This document shows positions 8,846 through 18,703 of a DNA stretch of 62,552 nucleotides, one piece after another. Below the pieces are notes generated by a model. The model was not told the DNA's origin and made no database searches. It was given only the letters and a program-made list of their open reading frames with translations. The translations under genes and the position numbers were made by a program. Source of the stretch: a bacterium (GTDB lineage: Bacteria > Chloroflexota > Dormibacteria > Aeolococcales > Aeolococcaceae); NCBI GenBank assembly GCA_014874355.1, contig JACWAJ010000048.1, positions 1 through 62,552 of the forward strand. Reading direction: 5' to 3'. Position 1 is the first letter of the stretch; every line of letters begins with the position of its first letter.

Positions 8846-10125
8846 TTGTCCCCCTCTCCTCCACATCCGAGAATTGCAGTCACTGTGTTGTTGACAGCAT
8901 CGACTGCAACACTCTGCTGGTCGCGCTGCCCCAGGTCGCGCACCATGGCGGTTCTGGCGGCCAACTCATTGTCGCCCACGATGACGCAAACGCGGGCGCC
9001 CAGGCGGTCGGCATTGCGAAGTTTCCTGTCGAGGCGGCGCTCCGCGGCATCGAGGATCACGCGATGTCCGGCCGCGCGCAGTTGTCGCGCCAGCGCCGCC
9101 GCATAGCCCACCGACTCGGCGCCCAGCGAGCAGACGACGACATCGGCATCGGTCGCGGCTGCAGGTCCGGCGCCGGCATCCTGCAGAACGATGAGGGCGC
9201 GATCCACTCCGAGTGCATAACCCACTCCAGGCGTTGCCGGAAAGCCGAGCACCTCGGCCAGACCGTCGTACCGACCGCCACCGCCAAGCGCATTCTGGGC
9301 TCCGTGCAACGACGTATGCCAGAACTCGAAGGCGGTGTGGGCGTAATAGTCAAGACCGCGAACCAGATGGCGGTTGATCGTGCAGGTGATGCCGGCATCG
9401 CGCAGACAACCGAGTACGGACTCGAAATACTCGCTGCTTGCCGGGCTGAGCGCATTGCTTGCCGGCGGTGCGATGGCGGCGAGATGGGCGTCTTGATTGC
9501 AGTCGAGCAGGCGTAGGGGATTGATCTCGATCCGGCGCCGGCAGTCATCGCAGAGTCCGGCCAGATGCGGAGTGTAGAAGTCGACCAGCATTTGCCGGTA
9601 ACGGCGACGGTCATCGAGATCTCCGAGGCTGTTGATCTGTAGATCGATCCCATCGATGCCGAGAGCCTCGTAGAAGCGCCAGCCAATCTCGATGACCTCG
9701 GCGTCGATTACGGGGCTGCGTTCGCCGATGGCCTCGACGCCGATCTGGTGCAACTGCCGGTAGCGGCCGCGTTGGGGCCGGTCGTGGCGGAACATCGGTC
9801 CCGCGTAATGGACCCGGACGGGCCGGCGTTCCTGATCCAGATGGGCGCCAAGCACGGCACGCAGAGTTGCCGGTGTCGCTTCCGGCCGCAGTGTCAGGCG
9901 GTCGCCACCACTGGTTTCGAAGCTGTACATCTCCTTATCGACGATGTCGGTTCCGGCGCCGATGCCGCGTTCGAACATCTCTGTGGCCTCGAAGATCGGT
10001 GTCTGGATGGCGCGGTAACCGTGCGCCTCAGCCACCCGGGCATGGGTGGCATAGATCTCGTCCCAGGCCGCCATGTCGGCGGGGAGGATGTCACGGGTGC
10101 CCTTGGGCGATTGAATGGGTGGCAT
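8842..10125 (-). CDS. hisS: Histidine--tRNA ligase
   Basis: MPPIQSPKGTRDILP N-terminus, RYRQLHQIGVE, GGGGRYDGL and a C-terminal anticodon-binding domain. Confidence 0.95.
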   Translation of the reverse strand: MPPIQSPKGTRDILPADMAAWDEIYATHARVAEAHGYRAIQTPIFEATEMFERGIGAGTDIVDKEMYSFETSGGDRLTLRPEATPATLRAVLGAHLDQERRPVRVHYAGPMFRHDRPQRGRYRQLHQIGVEAIGERSPVIDAEVIEIGWRFYEALGIDGIDLQINSLGDLDDRRRYRQMLVDFYTPHLAGLCDDCRRRIEINPLRLLDCNQDAHLAAIAPPASNALSPASSEYFESVLGCLRDAGITCTINRHLVRGLDYYAHTAFEFWHTSLHGAQNALGGGGRYDGLAEVLGFPATPGVGYALGVDRALIVLQDAGAGPAAATDADVVVCSLGAESVGYAAALARQLRAAGHRVILDAAERRLDRKLRNADRLGARVCVIVGDNELAARTAMVRDLGQRDQQSVAVDAVNNTVTAILGCGGEGDK

Positions 10126-10165
10126 GAACGTCCGAGTTTAGCGGCACCCTGACTTCCCCACGCGT

Positions 10166-12358
10166 CTACCCGAAGTCGCGTGTCACCGTATGGACGTCGC
10201 GCACCGCCTCCAACCGTTCCATCAACCGGCTGAGTTGGGTGAGGTTCGCAACCTCGACGATGGTCGAGATCACCGCCGTTCTATCGTCGTAGACCTCGAC
10301 ATCGGCTCCGCTGAGGTTGATCTTCGACTCGGCGATGACGCCTGCGATGTCACGCAGAAGCCCGGTTCGGTCCCAGGCCTCGATCTTGATGCTGACCGGA
10401 TAGATCTGGCGTGCGCCCAGTTCCCATTCGACATCGACCAGGCGGTCGGGGTCGGACACGTTGCGAACATTGGCGCAACTGGCACGGTGGACAGTCACCC
10501 CCTTGCCGCGAGTGATGTAGCCCTTGATGGGCTCGCCCGTCAGGGGCTTACAGCACTGTCCCAGGATCGTGAGCATGTCCGTCATTCCGTGAACGCGGAC
10601 TTCACCGGTGGGCCGCGAACCGCTGGCGACTGGAATGGGGAGTACCTTGCCGCCCCCTTCGGCGTCGTCTTTGTCGCTCAAGCGCAACACTGCGCTTCGG
10701 GCGCTGATGTCACCGTAGCCGATGGCTGCGAGGAAGTCGTCGATGGCGTTGAATTTGAATTCCTTGGCAATCTCTAGGATGCGATCGTCCTTCACCGACG
10801 ACAGCGCAACCTGACGCATGCGGCGGGACTCTTTATCGAGTAACTCACGTCCCTTCTGGACATTCTCGTCACGTCGTTCACGTTTGAACCAGGTCCGAAT
10901 CTTCTCGCGAGCGCTTGATGTCTTGACGAACTTGAGCCAGTCGCGCGATGGGCCGTGCGGAGCTTTGGTGGTGAGGATCTCAACGATGTCGCCATTCTGG
11001 AGACGATAGTCGAGCGGCACCATCCGAGAATTCACCTTGGCGCCGATACAGTGGTGCCCGACATCGGTGTGAACGCGATACGCGAAGTCCACCGGCGTGC
11101 TACCCGACGGCAGCGATCGGACATCACCCTTGGGGGTGAACACGAATACCTCGTCCTGGAAAATGTCAACCTTGACAGTATCGACAAAGGCCTCGGCGTC
11201 GAGAACCTCTTTCTGCCAATCCATCAGCAATCGCAGCCAGCCGAAGCGCTCGTCGAGCCGCGTATCCAGCCCGACCCCCTTGTACCGCCAGTGTGCGGCG
11301 ATGCCGTACTCCGCGATCTGGTGCATTTCGTGGGTTCGGATCTGGACCTCCATGGGCTCGCCTGTGTGCGCTACCACGGTGGTGTGCAGCGACTGGTAGC
11401 CATTGCCCTTGGGCATCGCGATGTAGTCCTTGAAACGGCCCGGGATCGGTTTCCACAGCGAGTGGATTATTCCCAGCGCGCCATAGCAGTCCTTGATGGA
11501 GTCGACGAGGACGCGCATTGCGATCAGGTCGTAGATCTCTTCGAACGTCTTGCCCGAGCGCTGCATCTTGTCGTAGACGCTGTACACATGCTTGGGTCTC
11601 CCCGAAATATCGGCGGCTAGCGCGAAGCTCTCGAACTCCTTGGTCAGGATCTCGGTGACATCGCGAATGAACGCCTCCCGTTCCTGGCGCTTGCTGCTGA
11701 GACTCTCGTCAACGGTCCGGAAGCTGTCGGGCTCGAGTTGCGCGAACGCGAGATCCTCGAGTTCCCACTTCATCTGCCATATGCCGAGGCGATGGGCCAG
11801 CGGGGCGTAGATGTCCATCGTCTCGCGACTGATCCGCAGCCGCCGGTCCTCACGATGGGCGCTGATGGTGCGCATGTTGTGGAGCCGGTCACCGAGTTTG
11901 ATGAGGACGACGCGGATGTCCTCTGCCATCGCTACGAGCATCTTGCGGATGTTCTCGGCCTGATGTTGCTCCTGGGTGTGAACGTGAATCTTGCCGAGCT
12001 TGGTGACCCCCTCGACCAGCTTGGCGACATGCGGCCCGAACTGGCTGACGATGTTCTCACTGGTGAGTCCGGTGTCCTCGACTGTGTCGTGGAGCAGTGC
12101 CGCAGTCAGCGTGTCGGTGTCGAGGTGGAGATCGGCCAGCAGGCCAGCGACGGCAACCGGATGTTCGATGTACGGCTCGCCGCTCAGTCGGAACTGCCCC
12201 GCGTGAGCCGTCTTGGCGACTTCGAAGGCACGTAGCAGCGTCTCTTTGTCCTTGGGCGAGACGTAGGCCAGTTTGGGCAGCAATTCCTCTAGAGGCATTA
12301 GCCCTACGAGTGTACCCGGCGCCTGGCCACCCGTCAGCCAATCCGAGGCAGTGCCCAC
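10166..12358 (-). CDS. rel: Bifunctional (p)ppGpp synthetase/hydrolase (RelA/SpoT homologue)
   Basis: HD hydrolase domain (HPVAVAGLLADL...LHDTVEDT), the synthetase block YQSLHTTV and EVQIRT, then TGS and C-terminal ACT-like domains. 730 aa. Confidence 0.95.
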   Translation of the reverse strand: MGTASDWLTGGQAPGTLVGLMPLEELLPKLAYVSPKDKETLLRAFEVAKTAHAGQFRLSGEPYIEHPVAVAGLLADLHLDTDTLTAALLHDTVEDTGLTSENIVSQFGPHVAKLVEGVTKLGKIHVHTQEQHQAENIRKMLVAMAEDIRVVLIKLGDRLHNMRTISAHREDRRLRISRETMDIYAPLAHRLGIWQMKWELEDLAFAQLEPDSFRTVDESLSSKRQEREAFIRDVTEILTKEFESFALAADISGRPKHVYSVYDKMQRSGKTFEEIYDLIAMRVLVDSIKDCYGALGIIHSLWKPIPGRFKDYIAMPKGNGYQSLHTTVVAHTGEPMEVQIRTHEMHQIAEYGIAAHWRYKGVGLDTRLDERFGWLRLLMDWQKEVLDAEAFVDTVKVDIFQDEVFVFTPKGDVRSLPSGSTPVDFAYRVHTDVGHHCIGAKVNSRMVPLDYRLQNGDIVEILTTKAPHGPSRDWLKFVKTSSAREKIRTWFKRERRDENVQKGRELLDKESRRMRQVALSSVKDDRILEIAKEFKFNAIDDFLAAIGYGDISARSAVLRLSDKDDAEGGGKVLPIPVASGSRPTGEVRVHGMTDMLTILGQCCKPLTGEPIKGYITRGKGVTVHRASCANVRNVSDPDRLVDVEWELGARQIYPVSIKIEAWDRTGLLRDIAGVIAESKINLSGADVEVYDDRTAVISTIVEVANLTQLSRLMERLEAVRDVHTVTRDFG

Positions 12359-12371
12359 GCTTCTGAACCCG

Positions 12372-13814
12372 TCAGTAGGCGCGGGCGATCAGGGCGACGT
12401 GCTGGCTGGGCTTGGCGCATACCAAGCACGGTGCACCGCTGGCGCTCCGATCGAAGCGTAGGTTGCGGATGCCGACCGCATGCACCGCCGCCTTGATCTG
12501 ATCCTCACATTCCGTGGTATTGCAGAAGGGCGCGCTGGCGAACGCTGGCCGGGCTTCGAACGCCTGCTTGAGTTCGTCGAGGTCCTTGACGTCCACGGAC
12601 CTGTCATCAAGGCGTTGCTTGGCCCTGTCGAACGTGACCCGTTGAGCGGCGGCGAGTAGGTCAGGCAACCGCGCTGCCAGGCCCTCCAGTGGCTCCACCG
12701 ATTGCTCTCCGTCAACACGGCGTACCAGGGTGACATTGCCGTCGGCGAGATCCCGAGGGCCTGCGGTGATACGCAGTGGAACGCCGCGCAACTCCCAGTG
12801 GGCGAACTTCTCTCCGGGTCGGATGCCCTCGCGGCGGTCGACGCGCAAACGGACGCTGCCGGATGTCTCGCGCTCGAGTCGCTGGCAGGCCGCCTCCACG
12901 ATGCCGCCTTCAGCCTCGTGGCTGCGAGCGATGGGCACGACTACCACCTGAATCGGGGCGACGCGCGGCGGCAGCACCAGACCGGCGTCGTCACCGTGAG
13001 CCATGATGAGCCCGCCGATGATCCTGGTTGACAGTCCCCACGAGGTCTGGAAGGGGTGCTGCAGGTTGTTGTCCCTGTCTGCGAAGGTGATGCCGTAGGC
13101 CTTGGAGAAACCGCGTCCGAAGTAGTGAGAGGTCCCCGACTGCAACGCCCAGCCGTCCGACATCATCGCCTCAATGGAGAGCGTGTAGCCGGCGCCGGCG
13201 AACTTCTCGGACTCGGTCTTGCGGCCCGAGATGACCGGCATGGCCAACCACTCCTCTGCCATCTCGCGGTAGCAGTCGAGCATGGTGTCGACTTCGGCGG
13301 CAGCCTCAACCTCCGTTTCGTGGAAGGTGTGGCCCTCCTGCCAGAGGAACTCGGTCGTGCGCAGGAAGAGCCGGGTGCGCTTCTCCCAGCGGCAGACGTT
13401 GGCCCACTGGTTGATGAGTACCGGCAGGTCGCGCCAGGAGTGGATCCAATCCGCGTACAGCGAACAGATGATGGTTTCGCTGGTGGGCCGGATCGCCAGC
13501 CGTTCCTCGAGTTGCTTGCTGCCGCCTTGGGTCACCCAGGCCACCTCGGGGGCAAAGCCCTTAACGTGTTCGGCTTCCTTGGCCAGGTAGCTCTCTGGAA
13601 TGAGGAGCGGGAAGTACATGTTCTCGTGGCCGGTCCGCTTGATCATGGCGTCGAGGGCGTCGCGAGTCCGCTCCCAGAGCGCAAAGCCGTAGGGACGGAT
13701 GACCATGCAGCCCTTTATGGGCGTGTAATCGGCCAGTTCGGCACGACGAACCACGTCGACGTACCAGCGATCGAAGTCTTCGCTCTGTAGGGTGGTGTGT
13801 TTGGAATCAGCCAT
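12372..13814 (-). CDS. proS: Proline--tRNA ligase (archaeal/eukaryote-like type with C-terminal Zn domain)
   Basis: FDRWYVDVVRRAELADY...GCMVIRPYG N-terminus, class II motifs and a C-terminal Cys-rich domain ending in -AY. The start was trimmed to ATG 13814 (MADSKH...). The track ORF extends to 13919. Confidence 0.95.
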   Translation of the reverse strand: MADSKHTTLQSEDFDRWYVDVVRRAELADYTPIKGCMVIRPYGFALWERTRDALDAMIKRTGHENMYFPLLIPESYLAKEAEHVKGFAPEVAWVTQGGSKQLEERLAIRPTSETIICSLYADWIHSWRDLPVLINQWANVCRWEKRTRLFLRTTEFLWQEGHTFHETEVEAAAEVDTMLDCYREMAEEWLAMPVISGRKTESEKFAGAGYTLSIEAMMSDGWALQSGTSHYFGRGFSKAYGITFADRDNNLQHPFQTSWGLSTRIIGGLIMAHGDDAGLVLPPRVAPIQVVVVPIARSHEAEGGIVEAACQRLERETSGSVRLRVDRREGIRPGEKFAHWELRGVPLRITAGPRDLADGNVTLVRRVDGEQSVEPLEGLAARLPDLLAAAQRVTFDRAKQRLDDRSVDVKDLDELKQAFEARPAFASAPFCNTTECEDQIKAAVHAVGIRNLRFDRSASGAPCLVCAKPSQHVALIARAY

Positions 13815-13882
13815 GGACACCTGAGTATACGGGACCAAACTCTCACGCACGGACGTCCGCCCAAGGACGCTGTCCGTTTTCC

Positions 13883-15130
13883 TCAGGGCGATGCGGTGGC
13901 GGTGATTCCGCGAACCCATCTACATGACGGAGCTATTAAGCGAACCAACAGAGCTACCGTCAATCCGATGAGTGCGATGGTCGCCAACCAGAACAGCACT
14001 TGAATGGCTACCGGGGGCGCATGTACGAATGGCGGTGCGTTGACATAGAGCGCACGATACGCGACAGCTGGCCCCACCAGAAGTGCATACAACGAAGAAA
14101 CGCGTAAGTAGCCGGCTGCCAGAAGAAACGCCACGGGCCAAACGTAGTACTGGTCGGCTACGGTCGGCGATAGCGCAATCAAAATGAACAGCGCAGTAGC
14201 GACTCGTCCTGCTGTTGGAATTGCGCGACGATGTGCGACAACTGCGCTGGCCGCAATGAGAACCAATACCACGATGTTGATCCACTGCAGATACGGCCCC
14301 CATTGAGAGGGAAGTCTGAGCCCAAAGTCCAAGGTGGTGCCTGGGGCGTAGGCAAGAACAAGTTGAATTGCAAAACCGACATTGACAGTCGGGCGTGCGA
14401 GCATGTACACCAAAGCGGCCACCAGGACAGGAACAGTGGCCCTGAGCAAGAAGCGAATACCTCTTTCTGCACGCATCGACACGAGGATTGCCGGGAGTAC
14501 CACAATCGGCCATGTCTTGAATGCCACGGCTAGTCCAAAGAGCAATGCGGCGGCACGGTCGTGACGACCTTTTTCAAGCATGCCCAAGGACAACAGCAAG
14601 GGCAGTACCACCATCCCGTCGAATTGACCGTGAAGAGACGCAACAGTGATCGCGATTGGGTTGATCGCGTATAGCCATGCCGTGCGAACTCGCAGATGCC
14701 TTGGTACTACCCACGCGAGAGCCGGCACGATCGCGGCGTCGGCTAGCCAGAAGGGCAATTTGACGAGTGCGGCAAAGGCATTCGTAGCTCCGCCAGGAGC
14801 TATGAAAGAGGCGAGTGCGGACCACCATATTTCGACTGGTGGGTAGTTGTAGGGCTCGAGCCCAGCTGAGCCGTAGATCTCGGTGCCACTTCGCATAGAA
14901 GCACCAAACAACGCGAACGATCTGATGTCATGCATAGCGCCTGTTTGCACGATCGAGAACATGCCGCGCAAGCTGACAGCTACAACTGTCGCGATTATTA
15001 TCGAGCGCATGGCATTGCGCTTCGTAGTCGAGACATTGGAACGGAATTCGATGCGCATCGACCATGCACCAAGCGCAATGCAAACGGCCAGTACGACTGG
15101 TTGCGCAGACGGAAGCGTGTCAACAAGCAT
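13883..15130 (-). CDS. Polytopic membrane protein, GT-C-type glycosyltransferase-like (DUF2029/GT87-like)
   Basis: 415 aa with 10 or more TM spans and a YNYPPVEIWW loop motif after TM2. The overall architecture is typical of polyprenol-phosphate-dependent glycosyltransferases. The assignment is by pattern only. Confidence 0.55.
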   Translation of the reverse strand: MLVDTLPSAQPVVLAVCIALGAWSMRIEFRSNVSTTKRNAMRSIIIATVVAVSLRGMFSIVQTGAMHDIRSFALFGASMRSGTEIYGSAGLEPYNYPPVEIWWSALASFIAPGGATNAFAALVKLPFWLADAAIVPALAWVVPRHLRVRTAWLYAINPIAITVASLHGQFDGMVVLPLLLSLGMLEKGRHDRAAALLFGLAVAFKTWPIVVLPAILVSMRAERGIRFLLRATVPVLVAALVYMLARPTVNVGFAIQLVLAYAPGTTLDFGLRLPSQWGPYLQWINIVVLVLIAASAVVAHRRAIPTAGRVATALFILIALSPTVADQYYVWPVAFLLAAGYLRVSSLYALLVGPAVAYRALYVNAPPFVHAPPVAIQVLFWLATIALIGLTVALLVRLIAPSCRWVRGITATASP

Positions 15131-15173
15131 GGGTTAGATGCTCTTATCCCATGGTTGGATATTTGCGCTCAGA

Positions 15174-16304
15174 TCAAAGCCCCACCGGCAGGGGCTTACC
15201 CGCAGCCAGCAGCCGCTCGTCCTCGGTGGCTATCTCGCGGAGCTCGGCGACCAGTGCTTCGATGAGTTGATCTTCGGGGAGCGAGGCGACGACCTTGCCC
15301 GCCTTGTAGAGGATGCCCTTCTGCTTGCCGCCGGCGATGCCGATGTCAGCATGCATCCCCTCACCGGGGCCGTTGACCACGCAGCCCATGACCGAGACTG
15401 TGAGGCTGCGCCGGATATCGTGCAGGGCTGTTTCTACCCGCTCGACCATGGGCCACATGTCTATCTCCAAGCGTCCGCAGGTGGGACAGGCGATGAGGTT
15501 GGGCCCGGATCTGTGTTCTTCCAGATTGGCGAGGATCTGACGCGCAACCAGCACCTCTTCTTCTGGCTCCCCCACCAGCGAGACGCGGATGGTGTCGCCC
15601 AGGCCCTCGCCGAGCAGGATGCCGATCGCCATTGCCGACTTGATGCTGCCCGATCCCACAGGCCCGGCTTCAGTGAGACCGAGGTGTAGCGGGTAGGGAT
15701 TGCCAAGCTTCGAGAAACGGCGGTTGGCCGCCAGCGTGGTCAGTACGTCCGACGCCTTGAGCGACACCTTGATGAGACGGAAGTCGAGGTCTTCGAGGAT
15801 GCGGATGTGCGAGAGCGCCGCGTTGACCATGAGCTGCGCGGTCTCGTTGATACTGCCGCCCCGGCCGCGCTCCAGCGTCTTGCGCTGCGGGATGCTGCCC
15901 GCGTTGACGCCGATGCGTATGGGCACATTGCGCGCTTTGGCCTCCGCGGCGATGTCGCGGACCTTGGCCGGGTCACCTATGTTACCGGGGTTGAGCCGCA
16001 GACAGGCGACGCCGGCTTCGAGGGCCATCAGCGCCAGCGGTGCGTCGTAGTGGATGTCGGCGACGATTGGCAGCGACGATCCTTTCGAAATCTCCCGCAG
16101 CGCTATCCCAGCCTCTTTGGTGTCGCACGTGACGCGGACGATGCCGGCACCGGCCGCCGCGACACGCTCGATCTGAGCCAGCGTCGCTGCGACATCCTCA
16201 GTTTGCGTCTTGGTCATAGTTTGAACCGTGACCGGCGCGGCGCCACCGACGACGACCCCACCGATATTGACGGGGGTGGTGCTGCGGCGCTGAGTGAAGG
16301 ACAT
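15174..16304 (-). CDS. ispG: 4-hydroxy-3-methylbut-2-en-1-yl diphosphate synthase
   Basis: VTVQTMTKT, RVTC, IPIVADIHYD, and the C-terminal Cys ligands CPTCGR ... GCVVNGPGE. ATG 16304 overlaps the rseP stop (TGATG). The upstream part of the 545-aa track ORF is out-of-frame read-through of rseP. Confidence 0.95.
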   Translation of the reverse strand: MSFTQRRSTTPVNIGGVVVGGAAPVTVQTMTKTQTEDVAATLAQIERVAAAGAGIVRVTCDTKEAGIALREISKGSSLPIVADIHYDAPLALMALEAGVACLRLNPGNIGDPAKVRDIAAEAKARNVPIRIGVNAGSIPQRKTLERGRGGSINETAQLMVNAALSHIRILEDLDFRLIKVSLKASDVLTTLAANRRFSKLGNPYPLHLGLTEAGPVGSGSIKSAMAIGILLGEGLGDTIRVSLVGEPEEEVLVARQILANLEEHRSGPNLIACPTCGRLEIDMWPMVERVETALHDIRRSLTVSVMGCVVNGPGEGMHADIGIAGGKQKGILYKAGKVVASLPEDQLIEALVAELREIATEDERLLAAGKPLPVGL

Positions 16305-17554
16305 CAGTGGTGGTTCCGGAGGTCGGCGACGGTGACATACACGAAGAACATAAGGACCATCGCGAGTCCCACCGCATAGATGGCCGCCTCGCGTGCAGGC
16401 GCCAACCGCCGCCGCCGTGCCGCCTCGATGCCGAGGAGCAGGATCTTGCCGCCGTCGAGGAAGGGGATCGGCAGGACGTTGAGAAGGGCGAGGTTCACGC
16501 TGATGAACCCGATGTACCAGATGACAGCCTGCGGGCCTTGCGCCACCTGGGTGCCGGCATCCTGAGCGATGCCAACCGGTCCCTGGAAGCCATTGGGTCC
16601 AAAGACGCCACCCGAGCCCGATGTCGTCACCACCTCTCGAACGCGTTCGTAGGTCTGCTGAGGGAAGGTCGCGACTTCCACCGCGGCATCGCGAATCGCC
16701 GGCAGCACCGGCTCGCCGGCATAGTCGAGGCCGACCCCGATCTTCCAGGCGGAATCTACTGTGCCGCTTAGCCCGGGGAACGGAATGTTGGTGAACTGCG
16801 TTGGACCGCATGGCGGATCCTGCCCGATGCCGCTAACTGTCACATGCTTCGCCCCCAGCAGACTTGCCGGGGTGCCCAACCCCACGGGATGGCCATTGAT
16901 CGCGGTAATGGTGCTCCACCACTGGGGAAGCCGGGAGTGATCGCAGGTGGGGTTGTCGGGACTGGTGTTGTAGACGATCAGTTCCGGCTGAATCGTCGTG
17001 TGATGCAAGGCACCCGAGGCGTCTCTATATGCGACGCTCATAGCCTTGCCTTTGCCGGCGTCCACGGCGTGCGCGACGAACTTACCCACCGCCTCCGCCG
17101 ACGAGTGATCGATTGGCTGGTTGTCGATGCTGACTATTGAACTGCCGTCGCGCAAACCGGCGGCGTAGGCTGGACTAGAGTTGGATACCTGTGACGCTGT
17201 CGGAGTGACCAGGACAATTGTGAAGCAGATGAGCGCCAAGAGTACGTTGGCCAAGATGCCCGCAGACATCACGAGCAGGCGCTTGGGAATGCTGGCCCGG
17301 TAGAAGTTGCGCTTGCCGGCATCGGCCTCGCCGGGAAGGCCGAGCATCCCAGCCATGCGGACGTAGCCACCAAGCGGCAGTGCCCGGATCGCGTAGCGCG
17401 TCTCGCCTCGCTGCTTCGAGATGAGACGGGGGCCGAAGCCGATGGAGAACTCGTCGACCCGGATCCCGAGCAGCTTGCCGAAAACGAAATGGCCGAACTC
17501 GTGAAATCCAACGCAGACGAGGATCACGACGATGAAGGCGACGATAGCGGTCAT
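16304..17554 (-). CDS. rseP: Site-2 protease, M50 zinc metalloprotease (RseP/RasP)
   Basis: HEFGHF zinc motif in TM1, a central PDZ-like region, and NVLPIPFLDGG near the C-terminus. Confidence 0.9.
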   Translation of the reverse strand: MTAIVAFIVVILVCVGFHEFGHFVFGKLLGIRVDEFSIGFGPRLISKQRGETRYAIRALPLGGYVRMAGMLGLPGEADAGKRNFYRASIPKRLLVMSAGILANVLLALICFTIVLVTPTASQVSNSSPAYAAGLRDGSSIVSIDNQPIDHSSAEAVGKFVAHAVDAGKGKAMSVAYRDASGALHHTTIQPELIVYNTSPDNPTCDHSRLPQWWSTITAINGHPVGLGTPASLLGAKHVTVSGIGQDPPCGPTQFTNIPFPGLSGTVDSAWKIGVGLDYAGEPVLPAIRDAAVEVATFPQQTYERVREVVTTSGSGGVFGPNGFQGPVGIAQDAGTQVAQGPQAVIWYIGFISVNLALLNVLPIPFLDGGKILLLGIEAARRRRLAPAREAAIYAVGLAMVLMFFVYVTVADLRNHH

Positions 17555-17560
17555 TAGATG

Positions 17561-18703
17561 TCAGTATCCCGATCTGGCACCAATCGCCGTCGCAACTTTT
17601 TGTCGCGCCCAGGCATCGGCGTCGAAAATCTCGTCCAGGGTTGCACCTGGACGTCCTGTCCCGGCATCGATTGTCGCGGCCACCATGGGCACGATCTCGT
17701 CAAAGCGCAGGCGCCGGTCGAGGAATGCCCGCACCGCCACCTCATTGGCCGCGTTGAGGATGGCGGGGGCTGCACCGCCTACCTCCCCGGCGCGTCGGGC
17801 CATGTCCACGGCGGGAAAGCGGTGCGGGTCGAGTCCATGGAACTCACAGACGGCGGCGTTTTGCCAATTGACGGGGCCGCAGGTGCCGTCAATTCGGGCA
17901 CCCCCTGCCAAGGCAAGCGCGATCGGGAGGTGCATGTCGGGAATCCCCATCTGTGACATGGTGGCTCCGTCGCAGAACTCGACCATCGAATGCACCAGAC
18001 TTTGCGGGTGGATAACAACGTCGATCTTCGAGTAGTCGGTGCCAAAGAGGAAATGCGCCTCGATGACCTCCAATCCCTTGTTCATCATGGTCGCCGAGTC
18101 GATGGTCACCTTCGGACCCATGGACCAATTGGGATGCCGCAATGCCTCGGCGGGCGTGACATCGCCCAGGGTTGCCGGATCGCGATCGCGGAATGCTCCG
18201 CCGCTGGCGGTGAGAATGAGGCGGGCGACATTAGCGGGATCCTCACCGCGTAGGCATTGCCAGATCGCGGAATGCTCGCTGTCGACTGGCCAGAAACACG
18301 AGCCGGTGGCACACGCGCGGGCGGTCACCAATCCCCCCGCCATCACCATGACCTCCTTGCTGGCAAGCGCGATGTCGGTGCCGCGATCGATGGCGGCGAG
18401 CGCAGGCCGGAGCGCGGCCGCCCCGGCGATAGCGCACAACACCACTTCACAGTCAATGGCCGCCACCTCACACGCGGCATCAAGACCACTCCCCCACCCT
18501 GCAGGCAGTCCCACATTGTTCGGGGGATTCACGATCGCGATGTGCGGCACATGGAAACGCTCGACGACCCGGCTCAGCGCCACGATATCGCTCCCGGCCA
18601 CAGCGCCGATCACCTCGAAGCGCTCGGGATGGCGATCGATGATGTCGCAGGCCTGACTGCCGATCGACCCGGTGGCCCCGAGCAGAACCACCCGCCGTTT
18701 CAC
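17561..18703 (-). CDS. dxr: 1-deoxy-D-xylulose 5-phosphate reductoisomerase
   Basis: LLGATGSIGSQ NADPH motif, LASKE, DSEHSAIWQC and NKGLEVIEA. GTG 18703 overlaps the cdsA stop (GTGA). The remainder of the 629-aa track ORF is read-through across cdsA. Confidence 0.95.
   Translation of the reverse strand: MKRRVVLLGATGSIGSQACDIIDRHPERFEVIGAVAGSDIVALSRVVERFHVPHIAIVNPPNNVGLPAGWGSGLDAACEVAAIDCEVVLCAIAGAAALRPALAAIDRGTDIALASKEVMVMAGGLVTARACATGSCFWPVDSEHSAIWQCLRGEDPANVARLILTASGGAFRDRDPATLGDVTPAEALRHPNWSMGPKVTIDSATMMNKGLEVIEAHFLFGTDYSKIDVVIHPQSLVHSMVEFCDGATMSQMGIPDMHLPIALALAGGARIDGTCGPVNWQNAAVCEFHGLDPHRFPAVDMARRAGEVGGAAPAILNAANEVAVRAFLDRRLRFDEIVPMVAATIDAGTGRPGATLDEIFDADAWARQKVATAIGARSGY

Noticed and set aside
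16305-16811. N-terminal extensions of track ORFs that run into the upstream gene. These are IspG 545 aa, Dxr 629 aa (to 19450), PyrH (to 21791), RuvA (to 27371), RuvC (to 27871), PheS (to 33332), RsmI (to 42007), NadE (to 42888), RluB (to 48687), Asp23 (to 53372) and ProS (to 13919).
   Set aside because: The extra residues are out-of-frame read-through of the preceding gene and are Arg/Pro-rich. In each case a start codon with an SD or a stop/start overlap reproduces the canonical N-terminus of the family.
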